56,899 nucleotides of DNA, from positions 1 to 56,899 of IMG/VR virus record IMGVR_UViG_3300031673_009818. One strand, written 5' to 3'. A model generated the notes under the pieces. The model made no database searches. It was given only the letters and a program-made list of their open reading frames with translations, and was not told the DNA's origin. The first letter of the stretch is position 1, and each line of letters starts with the position of its first letter. This DNA comes from a virus. Lineage: Duplodnaviria > Caudoviricetes. Position numbers and translations under genes: made by a program. Positions 1-8,507 of this stretch are shown piece after piece.

Positions 1-1
1 G

Positions 2-15
2 GGACAAGCACCCAT
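2..15. repeat. Left copy of 14-bp terminal direct repeat GGACAAGCACCCAT (candidate cohesive end or circular overlap)
   Basis: Identical to 56886-56899. Confidence 0.9.
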
Positions 16-18
16 TGC

Positions 19-540
19 GTTACTTTCTGTCAAGTTTACAGTACCTAAACGTTTTTACATCTCATTATCAAATACTTACATCAATGCACTGTAACCAGCG
101 TAACTGGCATTTAAAATTTCCAGTTACACCTGTACGCCTTACTGGTAGCGGATTACATGATTAGGTGTAACCAGCATAAAAAATCCTGGTACAGCTCTAA
201 ACATGCACTATCATTGATATACAGCGCTAAGTGTAACAGCTATTTAATATTTATTTATAAACTATATATAAATATACAGTAATAGGAGTAGCGATATTGT
301 AGCATCTGTACAAATGCTGATAAAATACGGGAGTAGAAAACATGAGTTATTTGTGTTTTGGCTGTTTTTACTGTACGCTGTAACACATCCCTTGTAATTG
401 ATTGACATAGAGTATTTTATAGCTGTACAGCTCCATTTTTTTATTGTGTAAAATTATAGCGTTAACTAACTGATATACAGTACTGCACAGCTGTACAGCA
501 AAAAATAGAGAGCTGGTTACACTAAAATCATAATATAGTG
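19..540. other. Putative replication origin: TGTAAC/TGTAC iteron-like repeats around an AT-rich core
   Basis: No ORF; TGTAAC at 90, 166, 232, 379; GTTACA at 123, 516; palindromes AGCTGTACAGCT 421-432 and GCTGTACAGC 490-499; AT-rich tract ~241-280; genome encodes a primase-helicase. Confidence 0.55.
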
Positions 541-609
541 ATACTTAGTCATATAACAAAAGGAGCTAAAAATAATCACTTATAAATAGAAAATAAATAT
601 TGATAAAAT

Positions 610-640
610 TTTGTAGCTAAATAATAAAGTGCTATATTTG
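610..640 (+). promoter_or_regulatory. Bacteroidota-type sigma70 promoter (copy 1)
   Basis: TTTG-N19-TATATTTG; 602-641 is 39/40 identical to 1942-1981. Confidence 0.85.
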
Positions 641-718
641 TAATCAACTAATCATGCAATATTGCACTAAAATCAAATTATCAGGAGGATTTATGAAGAA
701 ATAAGTTAATTTTTTTGA

Positions 719-761
719 TATAGCACTAGTTGACTTGGCGGTTTGCTAGTGCGATTTTTTT
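719..761 (+). terminator. Repeated hairpin + U-tract (terminator/attenuator, copy 1)
   Basis: GCACTAGT...GCTAGTGC stem followed by GATTTTTTT; repeated at 1539-1580. Confidence 0.7.
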
Positions 762-782
762 GAACTAATAAATGATAATCTT

Positions 783-1517
783 ATGAAAATTTATTTGAGA
801 GATAAAAATTACAATTGGAAAGCTCATGATTATGATAATTTATCAGAGCTTAATACTATTTTTGAAATAAATAAAATTTCAATCGGGAATTCTGCGACAA
901 TCGGAGATTCTGCGAAAATCGGGAATTCTGCGACAATCGGAGATTTCGCGACAATCGGGAATTCTGCGACAATCGGGAATTCTGCGACAATCGGGAATTC
1001 TGCGAAAATCGGTTATTTCGCGACAATCGGGAATTCTGCGACAATCGGAGATTCTGCGACAATCGGAGATTTTGCGACAATCGGAGATTTTGCGAAAATC
1101 GGGAATTCTGCGAAAATCGGAGATTCTGCGACAATCGGAGATTCTGCGACAATCGGTTATTTCGCGACAATCGGAGATTCTGCGACAATCGGTTATTTCG
1201 CGACAATCGGAGATTCTGCGAAAATCGGAGATTCTGCGAAAATCGGAGATTTTGCGAAAATCGGAGATTCTGCGAAAATCGGAGATTTTGCGAAAATCGG
1301 TAATAAAATAGAATTAATTACAGGATTATACATTAGTGGATCGAAGCATCCTTTAACATATACAGGAAATAAAACTATTTCAATTGGATGTCGCAACATG
1401 ACAATTGAAAAATGGTTATATAAAGGACTTGAAATAGCTAAATATGAAAATTATAGTGATAAGCAAATTGAAGAATACAAAATTTATTTGGAATTAGCTG
1501 ATAAATTTAGCAATTAA
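783..1517 (+). CDS. Hexapeptide-repeat (left-handed beta-helix) protein
   Basis: 23 tandem IG(N/D/Y)(S/F)A(T/K) units. Confidence 0.85.
   Translation: MKIYLRDKNYNWKAHDYDNLSELNTIFEINKISIGNSATIGDSAKIGNSATIGDFATIGNSATIGNSATIGNSAKIGYFATIGNSATIGDSATIGDFATIGDFAKIGNSAKIGDSATIGDSATIGYFATIGDSATIGYFATIGDSAKIGDSAKIGDFAKIGDSAKIGDFAKIGNKIELITGLYISGSKHPLTYTGNKTISIGCRNMTIEKWLYKGLEIAKYENYSDKQIEEYKIYLELADKFSN
882..1295 (+). repeat. Coding 18-bp tandem repeat x23
   Basis: ATCGGNNATT(C/T)NGCGA(C/A)A units in frame. Confidence 0.95.
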
Positions 1518-1538
1518 TACTACTAGAATAGTATTTAG

Positions 1539-1580
1539 TATAGCACTAGTTGACTTGGCGGTTTACTAGTGCGATTTTTT
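1539..1580 (+). terminator. Repeated hairpin + U-tract (copy 2)
   Basis: One difference from copy 1 (G-U to A-U pair in the stem). Confidence 0.7.
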
Positions 1581-1604
1581 AATAAATTATAAAAATAGAT
1601 AGAT

Positions 1605-1946
1605 ATGCCATATATACCAGATGAAGTAGAAAATAAAATATGTTGGAATGGACACACTGTAACTTCCAACTTAGAACCCTACGTAATAGAAAAAATAGCA
1701 CATGAATATCAGAATTGTGTCTATTCTGATAGACTTATGCAAGAAGATTATAATAAATTCACTAAACTTTTTGAAAGTCATTTTCACAAACCACTTGGAA
1801 ATTTTAATGGTGTGCCTTTTTTTGAATTACAAAACTTTTTGAAAGAATGGTATCAAAAACCCTATCTTAAATTAATTGGAATTATGCGCGGAGTAAATGC
1901 AGCTAGTTATAATCCTTATTGGATTTTTATGTTTAATAATCGATAA
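1605..1946 (+). CDS. Hypothetical protein
   Basis: ATG ORF between the repeated hairpin and the repeated promoter. Confidence 0.7.
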   Translation: MPYIPDEVENKICWNGHTVTSNLEPYVIEKIAHEYQNCVYSDRLMQEDYNKFTKLFESHFHKPLGNFNGVPFFELQNFLKEWYQKPYLKLIGIMRGVNAASYNPYWIFMFNNR

Positions 1947-1949
1947 AAA

Positions 1950-1980
1950 TTTGTAGCTAAATAATAAAGTGCTATATTTG
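1950..1980 (+). promoter_or_regulatory. Bacteroidota-type promoter (copy 2)
   Basis: TTTG-N19-TATATTTG. Confidence 0.85.
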
Positions 1981-2003
1981 TGAAATGGTAAAAATATAAT
2001 CTT

Positions 2004-2156
2004 ATGAATAAAAAGAATGACGTACACATTAACGGGAATGATCTTATCGATTATCTTGAAAATGAAAAAAACAATGCTCCTGAACGAGCTGTAATCGACA
2101 AGATAATTAAGAAAATTAAGGCAATGATGGATAAATATTACAATCTAAAATTATGA
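2004..2156 (+). CDS. 50-aa hypothetical protein (below ORF-track cutoff)
   Basis: MNKKNDVHINGNDLIDYLE...; first ORF after promoter; ATGA overlap with next gene. Confidence 0.7.
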   Translation: MNKKNDVHINGNDLIDYLENEKNNAPERAVIDKIIKKIKAMMDKYYNLKL

Positions 2157-3064
2157 AAATTACAAGAGAAACGAAGCTGAGTGAAATTATTCCTGAAGGG
2201 TATGAATTAACAGGTAAAGAAGACCTTTTAAAAAGCGATAATCCAAGAATTAGCATTAAACTAAAAAAACTCCCCTCAAAAGAAGACCTTTTAAAAAAGG
2301 CTGAAAAAGATTATCCAGTTGGGACTAAGGTTTTAGGTTTATACAATCATGACTGTATATTTTTGATATGTGATGATAGATATTATTTTGATACAAGCGG
2401 ATGGATATATTGGGCAGGCTATATCTTGTACACTCCAATTTCAGGATGGGCAAAAATAATCAAAAAACCAGTTCACAAAATAAATGATATCTTTCTTTAT
2501 GAAGGTGATGAGTTTTGGTGTATTGACAAATTAGACAATTGGAAACTTGTTAAAAATATTGCAGAAACTGGTATAAGATATAGTGAAAATGATTGTGATG
2601 ATATTGCCAGATTTATAGCCAAATGGAAAGCTCTTGATTATGTGATGGTTGAGGCTAGAAGTAGGCTTAAAGATAATAAACTATCTTGGTTTGGCTCTAT
2701 GATTGCAGATGATGGTGGATGGGAGGTATGGATTCCAGGTACGGGGTTTTGGGGTGTAATAAAAAAAGATGTACCGGTAACCACTGATGAAAAAATAAAT
2801 CCAACTATTAAATTAATGTTGGGCAAAGATACAGTTGAAATTAAAGGAATGATTAAATGTAACGATTTTCAAGCAACAATAAAAGAGTGGTTAAATTGGT
2901 CGAAAATATTCATTCCTACTGTAAAATCAGGTGCAACTATTGAATCATATTTATACGTTTATAAAACTTACAATATTGATGGTAGGGATGATAATATTCA
3001 AATCGGAGACATAAAAAACATAACCCTCAAACAAATAAAAGCAATAACAAAAGCAATAAAATAA
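2153..3064 (+). CDS. Hypothetical protein
   Basis: 303-aa ORF, translationally coupled on both sides. Confidence 0.75.
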   Translation: MKITRETKLSEIIPEGYELTGKEDLLKSDNPRISIKLKKLPSKEDLLKKAEKDYPVGTKVLGLYNHDCIFLICDDRYYFDTSGWIYWAGYILYTPISGWAKIIKKPVHKINDIFLYEGDEFWCIDKLDNWKLVKNIAETGIRYSENDCDDIARFIAKWKALDYVMVEARSRLKDNKLSWFGSMIADDGGWEVWIPGTGFWGVIKKDVPVTTDEKINPTIKLMLGKDTVEIKGMIKCNDFQATIKEWLNWSKIFIPTVKSGATIESYLYVYKTYNIDGRDDNIQIGDIKNITLKQIKAITKAIK

Positions 3065-3336
3065 TGGACTTACACGATGAATTTCTAAACTCAGGAACTG
3101 ACCTAAATTTTCAAGATTGGTTATGTGAGAATTTAACACTTGCCAGAAAAGAAAAAAGAAAAAGAAAAAGGATTAAGCAGCTCACTTTAAAAGGTGATTT
3201 TGTAGCTATTTTTGAGACAATTACCCTTGCAGCAAATGAAACGGGCTGTAATAGGCGTGCAATTTCGCGGGCTGCGCTGGGGCATGCTAAGACTACTGGG
3301 GGGTTTAAGTGGGAGTTTGAAGAAATAACTACCTGA
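3064..3336 (+). CDS. NUMOD1-type DNA-binding domain protein
   Basis: IKQLTLKGDFVAIFETITLAANETG...ISRAALG...GGFKWEF pattern. Confidence 0.7.
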   Translation: MDLHDEFLNSGTDLNFQDWLCENLTLARKEKRKRKRIKQLTLKGDFVAIFETITLAANETGCNRRAISRAALGHAKTTGGFKWEFEEITT

Positions 3337-3495
3337 TAATAAGATAGTTACAAACATTATGAAGTAAAGAAACAACTAATAACAACTAATAGCATACAAC
3401 ACACTGATACACAATGTGTTATATGTCCATTAGAATCACATGAAATAATTTTGATGTATAATTGTACGGTATATTGTAAGGAAATTGAGTTTAAA
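3334..3495 (+). repeat. Dispersed ~161-bp intergenic element, copy 1
   Basis: Gapless alignment to 14920-15080, 25027-25187, 43369-43529. Confidence 0.92.
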
Positions 3496-3510
3496 CATAA
3501 AAACAATCTT

Positions 3511-3675
3511 ATGCTATCAGAACATCATAAAAATAACCTAGTCCTACAAAAAGAACTGGAAGAAAAAGAAGATTTGAGCATTCCTGAAATAAAAACATTA
3601 GATGCCCTGCAAAATCAAATCAACGATTATATAAAAAGATATTTGAGTAAAAATTCATTAAGTATTGTGAAATGA
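3511..3675 (+). CDS. Hypothetical protein (ATG 3511 preferred over TTG 3451)
   Basis: Preceded by AAAACAATCTT; the upstream TTG lies inside the repeat element. Confidence 0.65.
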   Translation: MLSEHHKNNLVLQKELEEKEDLSIPEIKTLDALQNQINDYIKRYLSKNSLSIVK

Positions 3676-4127
3676 AAGAAATTAAATTGGAAGATATTGT
3701 GGGATATTTGCCTCACGGATTAAAATGTGAAATACTGAATTATAAATCTGATTATGTTGGAATGAAATATGGAGTAGTAGCAGGTTATTATTTTTTTGAT
3801 GGTGAACCACATTATATGTTCAAAAATAAAGGATGCGCTGGCAAGAGTTGCTCATTGATTAAGCCAATTGTCCGCCCCTTATCCGACCTCACAAAAGAGA
3901 TTGAGCATGATGGTGAGAAGTTCATCCCTATATTCAAATTAACAAAATTATGTGATGTTGAAAACGATAGCAATTGGATTGAGCATGTTTATGATTTTAT
4001 GACTAATGATGCAGATTGGACTAATGCACCTTATTGGATGGTTATCAAGCTTTATGAATGGCATTTCGATATTCATAACTGGATAGGTGACGGATTAGCA
4101 ATAAGCAATGAAACTCAATCTTACTAA
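3672..4127 (+). CDS. Phage hypothetical protein
   Basis: KPIVRPLSDLTKEIEHDGEKFIP motif that I recall from Bacteroidota phage proteins. Confidence 0.7.
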   Translation: MKEIKLEDIVGYLPHGLKCEILNYKSDYVGMKYGVVAGYYFFDGEPHYMFKNKGCAGKSCSLIKPIVRPLSDLTKEIEHDGEKFIPIFKLTKLCDVENDSNWIEHVYDFMTNDADWTNAPYWMVIKLYEWHFDIHNWIGDGLAISNETQSY

Positions 4128-4136
4128 CTTCTATAT

Positions 4137-6290
4137 ATGCTCATAGCCGAACTTTTTAAAAATTTTTCTATAATTCCCTTAAAAGGCAAAGAGCCTTTTT
4201 GGAAAAATTGGCAACAATACTGTGAAAAAAGAACATCATTGGAGCGATTGCAAGAATATGATGGTAATTTTGGCGTATGTTGTGGATTTGAAGGATTAGA
4301 GGTTATTGATATTGACAATCATTTTGGTAATGCTGATGCATTATTGGCGTGGATTAAGGATAATTTTTCCTTATCCGGATATTTGATTGTACAAACCAGG
4401 GGCGGAGGTTATCATATATATTATAAATGTGATAACCCACACGGTAATAAAGTATTAGCAAAAAGAAAATTTATAGGCACTTCAAAAAATGCAATTTTAC
4501 CTGATGGAAAAGAAGTAATACTAAGCGAAAAAAATAACGAATGGTCTACTAATATTACAATGGTTGAAACCCGTGGTAAAGGCGGTCAAGTAGTTTTTTA
4601 TGATAATATTATCCAGGGTTCGATTGATTCGGTTCCAAAAATTATAGATGAAAAAAGAAATGAACTTTTTGAAGTATGTTATGCGTTAAATGAAGTAGCA
4701 GAAAAAAAAACAATTACCACAAAGGAAAGGGTAAAAGTCGATGGACAACTGCCTGGTGATGCCTATAATAATGATTCAATTACGATTGAAGAAACGATAA
4801 AATTATTATTAGAAGCCGGGTGGACCTCAAAAGATAATGTTCATTGGTGGAGGCCTGGCAAAAGTTTCAATGAGGGGCCATCCGCAACGTTTGGAAAAGT
4901 TGGAATTAACAGATTTTATAACTTTTCAACAAATGCACACCCGTTCATCGATAGAGAATCATACTCAATGATGGGTGTTCGGGCTGTTTTGAAACATAAT
5001 GGTGATTTCAGTAAATGTGCAAAAGAGCTGGCGAAAATATATAATATTGACGTTGATGAACCTTCTGAGCCTGAGAAAAAAAGATACAAAAATAAATGGC
5101 GCACATTAGATGACATAATCAAAGATTGGAAACTAAAATTCAGATATAACCAGCTTACAACTGTGGTTGACGTTTCAGTTGACAAAAAACCTTACGATAA
5201 ACTTGGATTATTGCCCGGTGATATTATTCGTGAAATGGAAACCAAAAGAGGTATTAAGACCATTTCAAAGAATAAGCTACTTGAAATGATAAATAATACA
5301 CAAACCTGTGTAGTTTATAATCCAATTACAGAGTTTTTTTCTAAACTGCCTAAGTGGGACGAAATAGATTATTTTAAGGAGCTGAAAAAATACATAACGT
5401 TGGCAGACGATGAAGATGAACAGTTTTTTTTTTCTATGCTAAAAAAGCACATAATGAGAAGTATAAAATGTGCGTTGGTCAAGAAGTACATTAATCGAAT
5501 GGTTTTCGTACTTCATGGCCCGCAAGAGGTAGGCAAGAGTGAATTTTTCAGGTGGATGCTGCCTAACGATGAACTATACAATGAAGAAATGATAAATCCT
5601 AATGATAAAGATAGTATTTTGGCATTGGCTCGATATCTTTGGGTTAATATGGATGACCTGGACAGTCAATCAAAAAAAGAAGTGCATAAAATAAAAGCTT
5701 TCATATCGCATGGAAAAGTCACAAAACGAGTTGCATATGGTCATAATGATGAAGGGTTCACAAGAATAGTAAGTTTTGTAGGTTCGACAAATAAAACTGA
5801 TTTGTTGGCTGATGAAGTTAATACCCGATGGATAATTTTAAAAATATCAGATTTTGATTGGGAAGGGTATTTAAAAAATATAAATCCATTACAATTGTGG
5901 TCACAAGCCATGCACGAACTTAAACAAGACAAAGATTCAGGTGAACTTACACCTGATGAAAAGAAAATTAGGGACGAAAGAAATAATATTGAATTTCTTG
6001 AAATCAGTACTGAACGTGAAATTTTAAACCGATATTTTGAAAGAGGCAATTTTCCTATTACAGCAACTGAGATTAAATTTTTAATTGAAAACAAAAAATA
6101 TCCCTTAAAAATGAACATTTACGCGCTTACAAAAGAGTTAAAACGCCTATTTGGTGAACCATCAAAACCAATTAGAGAAAATGGGAAACCAGGGCGGTAT
6201 TATTATCTAAAAACTGATTTATTTGAGCCTAACAATGCTTTTGTTGATGAGTATTCTGAAATGGTTGGGGCTGTTGAGCCTCCGTTTTAA
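4137..6290 (+). CDS. Bifunctional primase-polymerase (Prim-Pol) fused to VirE/VapE-type P-loop helicase
   Basis: VIDID and TRGGGYHIYY AEP motifs, ETRGKGGQVV; Walker A GPQEVGKS, Walker B NMDDLD, FVGSTN. Confidence 0.88.
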   Translation: MLIAELFKNFSIIPLKGKEPFWKNWQQYCEKRTSLERLQEYDGNFGVCCGFEGLEVIDIDNHFGNADALLAWIKDNFSLSGYLIVQTRGGGYHIYYKCDNPHGNKVLAKRKFIGTSKNAILPDGKEVILSEKNNEWSTNITMVETRGKGGQVVFYDNIIQGSIDSVPKIIDEKRNELFEVCYALNEVAEKKTITTKERVKVDGQLPGDAYNNDSITIEETIKLLLEAGWTSKDNVHWWRPGKSFNEGPSATFGKVGINRFYNFSTNAHPFIDRESYSMMGVRAVLKHNGDFSKCAKELAKIYNIDVDEPSEPEKKRYKNKWRTLDDIIKDWKLKFRYNQLTTVVDVSVDKKPYDKLGLLPGDIIREMETKRGIKTISKNKLLEMINNTQTCVVYNPITEFFSKLPKWDEIDYFKELKKYITLADDEDEQFFFSMLKKHIMRSIKCALVKKYINRMVFVLHGPQEVGKSEFFRWMLPNDELYNEEMINPNDKDSILALARYLWVNMDDLDSQSKKEVHKIKAFISHGKVTKRVAYGHNDEGFTRIVSFVGSTNKTDLLADEVNTRWIILKISDFDWEGYLKNINPLQLWSQAMHELKQDKDSGELTPDEKKIRDERNNIEFLEISTEREILNRYFERGNFPITATEIKFLIENKKYPLKMNIYALTKELKRLFGEPSKPIRENGKPGRYYYLKTDLFEPNNAFVDEYSEMVGAVEPPF

Positions 6291-6319
6291 ATTAAATATT
6301 AACTTTAAAAATTTATATT

Positions 6320-6466
6320 ATGTATAAAAAAAACAAAAAGAAATTAAAAAAACTTTTAAAAAAAGCTAAGTTAACATCAGATGAACGGGATAGAATTAGC
6401 ACTTATAATCAAGTGCTAACTGAATTAGAAGACAGGGTTTTGAATAAGATATATTTAGCATTATGA
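6320..6466 (+). CDS. 48-aa hypothetical protein
   Basis: ATG ORF with ATGA overlap to next. Confidence 0.5.
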   Translation: MYKKNKKKLKKLLKKAKLTSDERDRISTYNQVLTELEDRVLNKIYLAL

Positions 6467-6633
6467 AAAAGAAATATACACCAAAAGAGTATTTTTTAGA
6501 AATGCGTTCTAAAAATGAGCTTAAAGAAATTGCTGAAAATTTGGAAATATCAGGTAAAAAGTCACATATTCATCTTATGGAAATACTTATGAGATATTCA
6601 TATAAGAATTTAATTGAATCATTTAATAAATAA
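6463..6633 (+). CDS. 56-aa protein, possible Rho-N/HEH-like helix pair
   Basis: RSKNELKEIAENLEISG. Confidence 0.45.
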   Translation: MKKKYTPKEYFLEMRSKNELKEIAENLEISGKKSHIHLMEILMRYSYKNLIESFNK

Positions 6634-6636
6634 AAA

Positions 6637-7059
6637 ATGGAAAATCTACTAGAAAAATCAGATTATTTCGAACTTGATAAAGTCGAAAGAATCAATTCGC
6701 TTAATACAGAGAGTGAAGAAGTTAAAGAAAATTACAGTTATTCAAGGCCTTTGTCTGATGACGAAATTAAAATTAAAAATGCTCAAATTAATCAGGCTAT
6801 TCAGGAAATCGAGCGATTGAAGGAAGAAGGTAAAGAATTGACTGCCAGAAAATCTGAGCAAACAAAATTGATATTGGAAAATAACAAAGAAGTTATTTCC
6901 AAATTTGTTCAGAAGACCGGAAAAGTTTGGAAAGTGATAAATACATCAACTGGATTTATTGAAACTATAAATGAGGAGGGTTATATCATTGAGAAAAGTA
7001 AAATTAAGTCAGGTTCAATGGTCAATATGTTCAAAGCAAATAAAAAGGAGGCAATGTAA
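6637..7059 (+). CDS. Hypothetical coiled-coil protein
   Basis: ORF in operon. Confidence 0.75.
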   Translation: MENLLEKSDYFELDKVERINSLNTESEEVKENYSYSRPLSDDEIKIKNAQINQAIQEIERLKEEGKELTARKSEQTKLILENNKEVISKFVQKTGKVWKVINTSTGFIETINEEGYIIEKSKIKSGSMVNMFKANKKEAM

Positions 7060-7808
7060 TGGAAAGTAAAGAATTATTAGAATTGGCAAAAGCTGCAAAA
7101 GACGGTAAAATCGAATTGGTAATTAGAAATGGTGAGGCTGAAAAGTTTTTAGATCCGATTAAGCCTATTGAGAAAATAGAATTAGTAATAACAGGATCGA
7201 TTGGTACAATAAGTGAATTTTTGAAAAAAAGGCATCATTTATTTAATCCTGAAAATTGCCGTGTGTTGATTGAGCAAAATTGCATGACATTTTTTGGCAA
7301 TGAATGTCAGGATAATAATGAACTTAGCACTTTTGTTGGAAGTAAATTAAAAATTTCAAAGGATTTGGAGAAATTAGAATTAAATAGTGAAATTGAATTC
7401 ACACCAAAAGAATTGGCTGCATTTCTTCGAAAAAGAAAAAATCTTTTCAGTGATCCGGAGCAATTTAGGTCAATTTGGGGCGCACTGACCCAATTTGAGG
7501 GCGTAATCAACAAAAAGGTCGAAAGTCAGGACAATAAATCAGGAAATTACCGGGAATCAGTACAACAAGAGGTCGTACATAACATTCCAAAAGTTTTCCA
7601 ATTATCAATGAGGCTTTTCGAAAACGCCCCAAAGATTAAATTTGAGGTTGAAATTGATATAAGCCAAAATTTAAAATGTTCGCTTATGTCTTTTGATGTT
7701 GATGAAAACATTGAAGAGCAACGCGATGCACTGATTAACAACGAATTACAACAAGAAATCAAAGAAGGTGTAATTTTAAATGACTTTTGTGTTGTTTATT
7801 ATTGTTAA
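7059..7808 (+). CDS. Phage hypothetical protein
   Basis: 249-aa ORF coupled by TAATG. Confidence 0.75.
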   Translation: MESKELLELAKAAKDGKIELVIRNGEAEKFLDPIKPIEKIELVITGSIGTISEFLKKRHHLFNPENCRVLIEQNCMTFFGNECQDNNELSTFVGSKLKISKDLEKLELNSEIEFTPKELAAFLRKRKNLFSDPEQFRSIWGALTQFEGVINKKVESQDNKSGNYRESVQQEVVHNIPKVFQLSMRLFENAPKIKFEVEIDISQNLKCSLMSFDVDENIEEQRDALINNELQQEIKEGVILNDFCVVYYC

Positions 7809-7811
7809 AAA

Positions 7812-7843
7812 TTTGGTTTATGTTGTTTTTTGTTTTATCTTTG
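7812..7843 (+). promoter_or_regulatory. Promoter upstream of tRNA-like gene
   Basis: TTTG-N20-TATCTTTG with TGTTGTTTTTTGTT spacer; GC hairpin CCCCGGC..GCCGGGG-TTTT follows at ~7866-7894. Confidence 0.75.
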
Positions 7844-7903
7844 TAGGGTAATTAAAATTTATTCCCCCCGGCCCTGAAACAAAGCCGGGGTTTTGAAGTG
7901 CAA

Positions 7904-7977
7904 CGGGATGTATTGCAGAGGCTATACTACGATGTTTTGGAAACATCGGTCCGCAAGTTCGAATCTTGCCATCCCGA
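7904..7977 (+). tRNA. tRNA-Pro(UGG)-like with degenerate D-arm
   Basis: Acceptor CGGGATG/CATCCCG; anticodon arm GATGT-TTTGGAA-ACATC; T-arm GCAAG-TTCGAAT-CTTGC; no encoded CCA. Confidence 0.75.
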
Positions 7978-8003
7978 CTATTTATTTACTAAATTTAATA
8001 GTC

Positions 8004-8186
8004 ATGAAAGAATGTAAACTTTGTAATGAACCACTATTAAAAGCAGACACTAAACCAGACAGGACTGAACATTACGCATGTAGACGCTTAAAGCGATTTA
8101 GCACAAAAGGAATCAAAGATTCTGAACAAAAAGAAGCGTTTAAAATTATTATCAAAAAACCTAAATTATTTAGGAAATTATTTTAA
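8004..8186 (+). CDS. Small Cys/His zinc-finger-like protein
   Basis: MKECKLC...HYAC; the upstream TTG start overlaps the tRNA, so ATG 8004 is used. Confidence 0.6.
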   Translation: MKECKLCNEPLLKADTKPDRTEHYACRRLKRFSTKGIKDSEQKEAFKIIIKKPKLFRKLF

Positions 8187-8204
8187 TCATTAAAAATTAT
8201 TGTT

Positions 8205-8465
8205 ATGACTCAAGAAAAACAAAGTCAAAAAAAAGTTGATTATACTGTTATGTCAACTAAAAAATGCACAGTATGCAAAATGCCACTAAAACAAAATGTG
8301 GTTAATCAAAATCCACATGTAAAATTATGTTATGTGTGTTTTAAAATTTCACAAGGTAAATTGAAATCTACCGAACATCGTATGATTAACGGTGTTAAAG
8401 TAGTTGTAAAGCAAATTGATTTCAAGAAATTACAATTGCAAAACATTAATGCATACCGAAAGTAA
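8205..8465 (+). CDS. Small CxxC...CxxC protein
   Basis: CTVC and CYVC. Confidence 0.65.
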   Translation: MTQEKQSQKKVDYTVMSTKKCTVCKMPLKQNVVNQNPHVKLCYVCFKISQGKLKSTEHRMINGVKVVVKQIDFKKLQLQNINAYRK

Positions 8466-8507
8466 TTAATCAGGCCATGCTTTAAGTATGGCCTAAAAAA
8501 AAATCTT

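Noticed and set aside
882-1295. CRISPR array
   Set aside because: Contiguous in-frame coding repeat with no unique spacers; no cas genes
856-1399. Alternative-frame ORFs 856-1206(-), 1072-1311(+), 1193-1399(-)
   Set aside because: Shadows of the stop-free 18-bp tandem repeat inside the hexapeptide gene
3064-3336. Intact homing endonuclease or intron
   Set aside because: Only a NUMOD1-like DNA-binding module; no HNH or GIY-YIG motif and no interrupted host gene
3334-3495. 161-bp element as an IS/MITE or simple terminator
   Set aside because: No terminal inverted repeats, target-site duplications or transposase seen; no GC stem with U-tract; orientation independent of transcription
7893-8003. 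N-terminal extension of ORF 7893-8186
   Set aside because: Overlaps the tRNA-like gene; ATG 8004 has a normal A/T-rich leader
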